DNA of 54,664 nucleotides from an uncultured Bacilli bacterium (GTDB lineage Bacteria; Bacillota_I; Bacilli_A; RF39; UBA660): NCBI GenBank assembly GCA_910586635.1, contig CAJUJA010000001.1, positions 1 to 54,664 of the forward strand, read 5' to 3'. Shown piece by piece: positions 49,058 to 54,664 of this stretch (position 1 is its first letter; each line of letters starts with the position of its first letter). The notes under the pieces were generated by a model. It saw only the letters and a program-made list of their open reading frames with translations, ran no database searches and was not told where the DNA came from. The position numbers and the translations under genes were made by a program.

Positions 49058-49213
49058 TTGATAAAGTTAAACAATAAGGGCTGGGGTTTAAGCAATATGA
49101 TAGTATTTGTTATTATACTACTATTATTTATGATTATTTTTCTTATTGTTGCATATAATTATGGTATAGAGAAAGATTCTCCTAATTCCTTATATGAACA
49201 ATTTATTATATAA
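49058..49213 (+). CDS. 51-codon hydrophobic micro-ORF (not in the ORF track), possible small membrane peptide
   Basis: TTG 49058 lies 10 nt after AAAGGGA. Translation: LIKLNNKGWGLSNMIVFVIILLLFMIIFLIVAYNYGIEKDSPNSLYEQFII*. An internal ATG at 49097 is an alternative start. Confidence 0.3.
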   Translation: MIKLNNKGWGLSNMIVFVIILLLFMIIFLIVAYNYGIEKDSPNSLYEQFII

Positions 49214-49354
49214 TGAGTATAAGATATTGACATTATTATTATATAGTGATATATTATTTGTGCTGATTAAATTTGCTTTGCACTAAGGCAAAGTTTTATT
49301 TAAAAGTTAAAATGATACACCTGGATATGTGTAAAGAAAGGAGGTATATAATAT

Positions 49355-49768
49355 ATGCCTACAATACAACAATTAATTCGTAAGAAGCGTAAAGATAAGA
49401 AAAGAAAAAGTAAGGCTCCTGTTTTAGGAATTGGGTTAAATACAATTAGGAGAAAGACAACAGATAATTCCTCTCCACAAAAACGAGGAGTATGTACTCG
49501 TGTTGGAACTAAAACACCTAAGAAACCAAATTCTGCATTACGTAAATATGCTCGTGTTCGCTTGTCAAATGGAAAAGAGGTAGATACCTATATTCCGGGA
49601 ATTGGACATAATTTACAAGAACATAGTGTTGTTTTAATCCGTGGCGGACGTGTTAAAGACTTAATTGGTGTACGTTATCATATTATTCGTGGTACACTTG
49701 ATACTGCTGGAGTAAAGGATCGTATGCAAGGGCGTAGTAAATACGGAGCAAAGAAACCTAAAAATTAG
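49355..49768 (+). CDS. rpsL: 30S ribosomal protein S12 (Ile at the conserved Pro of KDLPGVRYH)
   Basis: [10 protein letters not shown]...[10 protein letters not shown]...[10 protein letters not shown]...[24 protein letters not shown]. Confidence 0.95.
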   Translation: MPTIQQLIRKKRKDKKRKSKAPVLGIGLNTIRRKTTDNSSPQKRGVCTRVGTKTPKKPNSALRKYARVRLSNGKEVDTYIPGIGHNLQEHSVVLIRGGRVKDLIGVRYHIIRGTLDTAGVKDRMQGRSKYGAKKPKN

Positions 49769-49793
49769 TAGAAAGTAGAAAGGAGGAATTTAA

Positions 49794-50261
49794 ATGCGTA
49801 AAAGACGTGCAGTAAAAAGAGATGTTCTACCAGATCCTATTTATAAGTCAAAAGTAGTTACAAAATTAATTAATACGATTATGATAGATGGTAAAAAAGG
49901 AACAGCTCAATCTATACTATATGAAGCATTTGAAATTATAAAGCAAAAAACAGGTAATGACCCACTTGAGGTATTTAAACAAGCAATGGAAAATATAAAA
50001 CCTCAGCTTGAGGTAAAATCTCGTCGTGTTGGTGGATCTAATTATCAAGTACCTATAGAAGTTTCACCAGCTAGAAGTCAAGCATTAGCATTAAGATGGT
50101 TAGTTAAATATTCTCGTGAACGTGGTGGCAAGGGAATGGCTATCAATTTGGCAAATGAAATTATGGATGCAGCAAACGGAACAGGTGGAGCGGTTAAAAA
50201 ACGTGAAGATACACATAGAATGGCTGAGGCAAATAAAGCTTTCGCTCATTATAGATGGTAG
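49794..50261 (+). CDS. rpsG: 30S ribosomal protein S7
   Basis: [23 protein letters not shown]...[15 protein letters not shown]. Confidence 0.95.
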   Translation: MRKRRAVKRDVLPDPIYKSKVVTKLINTIMIDGKKGTAQSILYEAFEIIKQKTGNDPLEVFKQAMENIKPQLEVKSRRVGGSNYQVPIEVSPARSQALALRWLVKYSRERGGKGMAINLANEIMDAANGTGGAVKKREDTHRMAEANKAFAHYRW

Positions 50262-50275
50262 GAAAGGAGTAGGTT

Positions 50276-52345
50276 ATGGCAAGAGATACGTCTTTAGAAA
50301 AGACAAGAAATATTGGAATTATGGCACATATTGATGCTGGAAAAACAACAACAACTGAACGTGTATTATTCCATACAGGTGTTACCCATAAAATTGGTGA
50401 AACTCATGATGGTGAAAGCCAAATGGATTGGATGGCACAAGAACAAGAACGTGGTATTACGATTACTTCTGCGGCAACTACTGCTCATTGGAAGGGATAT
50501 CGTTTCAATATTATTGATACCCCAGGACACGTAGATTTTACAATTGAAGTTAGTCGTAGTCTTCGTGTATTAGATGGATCAGTAGCATTAATTGATGCAC
50601 AAGCAGGAGTAGAACCACAAACAGAGACTGTTTGGCGTCAAGCATCAGAGTTTAAGGTTCCTAGAATTATTTTTGCAAATAAAATGGATAAAATGGGAGC
50701 AAACTTTGAATACAGTTTAAAAACAATTGATGAGAGATTGGGAGTTAATGCAAAACCAATTGAATGGCCAATTGGTGCAGAATCAGAATTTAGAGGAGTT
50801 ATTGATTTAGTTACCATGAAAGCTTATGAATACGATGGTAAACAAGAAGAAAATGCTAAGGAAATTGATATTCCTGCTGATTTGGTTCAAATTGCTGAGG
50901 AAAAACGTAGTGAGCTTATTGAAGCAGTTGCCGAATTTGATGACGAAATGATGATGATTTATCTTGATGGTGGAGAGGTCAGCATCGATATGATTAAAAA
51001 GGCAATTCGTATTGGTACATTAAAAGCAGAATTCTTCCCAGTTATGTGTGGTACTGCTTTAGGAAACAAGGGAATTAAGTTACTTCTTGATGCAGTGATT
51101 GATTATTTACCAAGTCCACTAGATATAGCATCTATTAAGGGAACAGAACCAGATGGTAAGGAAGTAGAGAGACATCCTTCTGATACAGAACCATTTAGTG
51201 CCTTAGCATTTAAAGTAATGACAGATCCGTTTGTAGGACGTTTAACATTCTTTAGGGTCTATTCTGGACACTTATCAAGTGGTAGCTATGTACTTAACTC
51301 AACAAAGGGTTCAAAAGAACGAATTGGTCGTATCTTACAAATGCATGCAAATACTCGTAAAGAGATTAGTGATGTTTATACAGGAGATATTGCGGCAGCA
51401 GTAGGACTTAAGAATACTACTACAGGAGATACTTTATGTGACGATAAGAAGCCAGTAATTCTAGAAAGTTTAGTTGTTCCAGAACCAGTTATCCAACTTG
51501 CTGTTGAGCCAAAATCTAAGGGTGATCAGGATAAAATGGCCCTGGCTTTACAAAAACTTGCTGAGGAGGATCCTACATTTAAGGTTCATACTGATCATGA
51601 AACAGGGCAAACGGTAATTGCTGGTATGGGTGAATTACACTTAGATGTATTAGTAGATCGTATGAGGCGTGAATTTAATGTAGAGGCAAATGTTGGAGCA
51701 CCACAGGTTGCTTACCGTGAAACTATTAAACAGGTTGGAGAATGCGAAGGTAAATATATTAAACAATCTGGTGGACGTGGACAATATGGACACGTATGGG
51801 TTAAATTTGAACCAAATCCAGATAAGGGATATGAGTTTGTTGATCAAATAGTAGGAGGTGTAGTTCCTCGTGAGTATATTCCAGTCGTTGATAAGGGATT
51901 ACAGGAGGCTCTACAAACTGGTATTTTAGCAGGATATCCTATGATTGATGTAAAAGCTACTTTATATGATGGAAGTTATCATGATGTAGATTCTAATGAA
52001 ATGGCATTTAAAATAGCAGCAAGTCTAGCTTTAAAAGAAGCAAAGAATAAATGTAATCCAGTGCTTCTTGAACCAATTATGAAAGTAGATGTTACCACTC
52101 CAGAAGAGTATTTTGGAAATGTAATGGGTGATTTAACCGCAAGACGTGGAAAACCACTTGGTCAAGAGTCTCAAGGAAACGCTGTGAAATTAAGTGCAAT
52201 GGTTCCACTTTCAGAGATGTTTGGATATGCAACAAACCTTAGAAGTAATACTCAGGGACGTGCTACTTTTGTAATGTTCCCAGATCATTATGAAGAGGTA
52301 CCTAAAAATATTTCAGAAGAAATTATTAAAAAGAGTGGAAATTAA
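50276..52345 (+). CDS. fusA: elongation factor G
   Basis: [33 protein letters not shown]. Length of 689 aa. Confidence 0.97.
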   Translation: MARDTSLEKTRNIGIMAHIDAGKTTTTERVLFHTGVTHKIGETHDGESQMDWMAQEQERGITITSAATTAHWKGYRFNIIDTPGHVDFTIEVSRSLRVLDGSVALIDAQAGVEPQTETVWRQASEFKVPRIIFANKMDKMGANFEYSLKTIDERLGVNAKPIEWPIGAESEFRGVIDLVTMKAYEYDGKQEENAKEIDIPADLVQIAEEKRSELIEAVAEFDDEMMMIYLDGGEVSIDMIKKAIRIGTLKAEFFPVMCGTALGNKGIKLLLDAVIDYLPSPLDIASIKGTEPDGKEVERHPSDTEPFSALAFKVMTDPFVGRLTFFRVYSGHLSSGSYVLNSTKGSKERIGRILQMHANTRKEISDVYTGDIAAAVGLKNTTTGDTLCDDKKPVILESLVVPEPVIQLAVEPKSKGDQDKMALALQKLAEEDPTFKVHTDHETGQTVIAGMGELHLDVLVDRMRREFNVEANVGAPQVAYRETIKQVGECEGKYIKQSGGRGQYGHVWVKFEPNPDKGYEFVDQIVGGVVPREYIPVVDKGLQEALQTGILAGYPMIDVKATLYDGSYHDVDSNEMAFKIAASLALKEAKNKCNPVLLEPIMKVDVTTPEEYFGNVMGDLTARRGKPLGQESQGNAVKLSAMVPLSEMFGYATNLRSNTQGRATFVMFPDHYEEVPKNISEEIIKKSGN

Positions 52346-52425
52346 GAAAAAAGTATCAAAATAGTTGAAAAAACTTCAATTATTAGATAAAATAGATTTT
52401 GTAATAAATAAGGAGGAAAAAAATT

Positions 52426-53610
52426 ATGGCAAAAGAAAAATTTGATCGTTCAAAACCACATGTTAACATTGGTACAATTGGACACGTAGATCATGGTAAA
52501 ACTACTACTACTGCCGCTATTACTTCAGTTTTAGCTGGTAAGAATGGTAATGAAAAAGTTGAGTTTGCAAATATTGATAAAGCACCAGAAGAAAGAGAAC
52601 GTGGTATTACTATTAATACTGCACATGTTGAATATAGTACTGATGCTAGACATTATGCACACGTAGACTGCCCAGGACATGCTGATTATGTTAAGAACAT
52701 GATTACAGGTGCTGCACAAATGGATGGAGCAATATTAGTTATTGCTGCTACTGATGGACCTATGGCACAAACTCGTGAACACATTTTACTTGCTCGTCAA
52801 GTTGGTGTACCTAAAATGGTTGTATTCATGAATAAGTGTGATATGGTTGATGATCCAGAACTACTTGATTTAGTAGAAATGGAAATTCGTGACTTATTAA
52901 ATGAGTATGAATTTGAAGGAGATGATACTCCAGTTATTCGTGGATCTGCTTTAAAAGCTCTTGAGGGTGATGCTGAATATGTTGGCAAGATTGAGGAGTT
53001 AATGAAAGCAGTTGATGAGTGGATTCCAACCCCTGAAAGAGATACTGATAAGCCATTCTTAATGAGCATTGAAGATGTATTTACTATTACAGGACGTGGA
53101 ACTGTTGTTACAGGACGTGTTGAACGTGGTAGATTAAATCTTAATGATGAAGTTGAGATTGTTGGTATTAAAGATACTCAAAAAACTGTTGTTACAGGAA
53201 TTGAAATGTTTAGAAAACAATTAGATTATGCTGAGGCTGGAGATAATGCAGGAGTATTATTACGTGGTATTGGTAGAGAAGATGTTGAACGTGGTCAAGT
53301 ACTTGCTAAACCAGGGAGTGTTACTCCACATCATAAATTCAAAGCTGCAGTATATGTACTAAGCAAAGAAGAAGGTGGACGTCATACGCCATTCTTCAAC
53401 AATTACCGTCCTCAATTCTATTTTAGAACTACAGATGTTACAGGAGTAATTAGTCTACCAGATGGTGTTGAAATGGTTATGCCAGGGGACAATGTAGATA
53501 TGGAAGTTGAGTTAATTCACTCAATTGCACTTGAACAAGGAACTAAGTTCTCTATTCGTGAGGGTGGACGTACTGTTGGTGCAGGAACTGTATCAGAAAT
53601 TGTCGAATAG
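52426..53610 (+). CDS. tuf: elongation factor Tu
   Basis: [29 protein letters not shown]. Confidence 0.97.
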   Translation: MAKEKFDRSKPHVNIGTIGHVDHGKTTTTAAITSVLAGKNGNEKVEFANIDKAPEERERGITINTAHVEYSTDARHYAHVDCPGHADYVKNMITGAAQMDGAILVIAATDGPMAQTREHILLARQVGVPKMVVFMNKCDMVDDPELLDLVEMEIRDLLNEYEFEGDDTPVIRGSALKALEGDAEYVGKIEELMKAVDEWIPTPERDTDKPFLMSIEDVFTITGRGTVVTGRVERGRLNLNDEVEIVGIKDTQKTVVTGIEMFRKQLDYAEAGDNAGVLLRGIGREDVERGQVLAKPGSVTPHHKFKAAVYVLSKEEGGRHTPFFNNYRPQFYFRTTDVTGVISLPDGVEMVMPGDNVDMEVELIHSIALEQGTKFSIREGGRTVGAGTVSEIVE

Positions 53611-53679
53611 TAATTATGTAAAAAGCCAAAATTATGCAATGTCATTAATTTAAGAGGTATTGTGAATACGGAATTTATA

Positions 53680-53709
53680 AGATAGAATTTAATGTTCTAT
53701 CTTTTTTTG
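53680..53709 (+). terminator. intrinsic terminator after tuf
   Basis: agatagaa (53680-53687) / ttctatct (53695-53702) followed by T7. Confidence 0.65.
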
Positions 53710-54202
53710 ACATTCTAAGATTTGTCAACTATCAATTTTAGTGTTATATTAATACTTAAAACACACGAGATTTGATTATTTTTAAAAAATTATCAAATAA
53801 TATGTTGATTTAGTATATAATATAAGCGTGGTTATGTGGTGGTAACTACTTATCCAATTGCTTACATAAAGCTAAAATTTTATGTAGAAGCTTTGTGGTA
53901 CAAGCAACTATGGCTGCGTAATGATGTTTCCTTCACTACGTTTTTCTCTATAATAAATTTCAATATCACTTTCATTCTTAGAAATAGCTGTAAGACTAAT
54001 AATATTAGGCCTATGTATGCCAATTAATCTAACTGGATATTCGGTTCACACACTTATTGATGCTATACTTTAATTTCAAATGGGAAAATGAATTCCATTT
54101 TTTAACATAATATAAATGCGGTCTTTCTTCATAACTAAATAGTTATATAAAGGCCTCATTCCCATGTTTAGGAAATGGGTCTATTGATTGATTTCTTTTT
54201 TA

Positions 54203-54231
54203 TTTACAAATCCAGCCAGGTGGTGTATACT
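54203..54231 (+). promoter_or_regulatory. promoter candidate TTTACA-17 nt-TATACT for the 54267 gene
   Basis: Same architecture and the same -10 hexamer as the 21755 promoter, but without the G tract. Confidence 0.45.
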
Positions 54232-54266
54232 TTAAATATAAGAAGAATAGATATGGAGATATTGAA

Positions 54267-54664
54267 ATGGGAAATATATTGCAAAGGAATTATAAAATAA
54301 TATTTGGAGTAGTTATTGGACTTTTAATATCAGTAGTAGGGGCTTATGCGGCAACTACGTTGTCAAGTTCCGATATTTATTATGATAATTCAAAGTCAGG
54401 ATTAACCTCTACGAATTTAAATGGAGCAATTGATGAATTGTATGAAAAGTTTAATAATAAAGCGTGTAAAGTATTAAAGGGAACTGGAAGAAATACAAAC
54501 GATGAAATAATTTGTGGAACAGAAGAATTCTATGTATTATATCCATCAGGTGATTCTATTGCCGTATTAACGAAGTATCCTATTGAAGCTGGGGGTGCAA
54601 TTGTTGAAAGTAGAGAAGAGTTTCATGGTATAGGAGTAGTAGAACCTATTGAAAATCCATCCTA
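54267..54664 (+). CDS. surface/secreted protein, paralog of 21819..22781 (3' end truncated by the window edge)
   Basis: My own translation: MGNILQRNYKIIFGVVIGLLISVVGAYAATTLSSSDIYYDNSKSGLTSTNLNGAIDELYEKFNNKACKVLKG... It is open to the window end. RBS ATGGAGA. Confidence 0.6.
   Translation, partial: MGNILQRNYKIIFGVVIGLLISVVGAYAATTLSSSDIYYDNSKSGLTSTNLNGAIDELYEKFNNKACKVLKGTGRNTNDEIICGTEEFYVLYPSGDSIAVLTKYPIEAGGAIVESREEFHGIGVVEPIENPS
54345..54452 (+). repeat. dispersed paralogous segment (copy 2) matching 21897..22004
   Basis: See copy 1. Similarity stops after ...DELYEK. Confidence 0.7.

Noticed and set aside
53836-54027. A 63-aa + strand ORF in the post-tuf intergenic region.
   Set aside because: It has no Shine-Dalgarno sequence and an aromatic, hydrophobic low-complexity translation. 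It sits in a region full of stops in the other frames, so it is more likely non-coding.
1-54664. CRISPR arrays, tRNA/rRNA genes, IS elements and prophage genes.
   Set aside because: I scanned for regularly spaced direct repeats, tRNA T-arm/acceptor signatures (GGTTCGA-type) and transposase- or integrase-like ORFs, and found none. The only dispersed repeat is the paralogous 5' gene segment 21897-22004 / 54345-54452.

Overview
AT-rich (about 30% GC by eye) chromosomal segment from an endospore-forming, low-GC Firmicute. Nearly every credible gene is on the + strand. The backbone follows the B. subtilis origin-proximal gene order in compressed form: spoVT, metG (with a T-box leader), tatD/yabD, rsmA, yabG, veg, spoVG, yabP, yabQ, divIC, tilS, ftsH, dusB, lysS, clpC, cysS, mrnC, rlmB, sigH, secE, nusG, rplK-rplA-rplJ-rplL, ybxB-like methyltransferase, rpoB, rpoC, rpsL, rpsG, fusA, tuf. 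I found no rRNA, tRNA, CRISPR array, transposase or integrase. Using that order as a ruler, several accessory insertions stand out. (1) Between rplL and ybxB/rpoB lies a compact type VII secretion (T7SSb)-like module: EssC-type FHA plus triple FtsK/SpoIIIE ATPase, a YukD/EsaB-like ubiquitin-fold protein, two WXG-like helical proteins and one very acidic small protein. It has no recognisable EssA, EssB or EsaA, and is followed by about 700 bp holding two convergent orphan transcription units. (2) Between tatD and rsmA lie three paralogous secreted proteins with TasA/SipW-cognate-style signal peptides, a SipW-type (Ser/His) signal peptidase with a long charged tail, and two membrane proteins. 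This looks like a TasA-like fibre locus of unusual composition. (3) Two paralogous surface proteins (21819.. and 54267..) share a conserved N-terminal module; one has a G8 tract inside its promoter spacer. (4) A bitopic membrane protein and a tiny hydrophobic ORF sit where B. subtilis has ybxF. Smaller oddities are an A16 tract inside clpC, an Ile in place of the conserved Pro of the S12 KDLPGVRYH motif, a Rho_N/SAP-like tail on FtsH, and a tail-anchored kinase-C-lobe-like protein after sigH. All functional calls rest on motif recognition and synteny recalled from memory. No database search was run.
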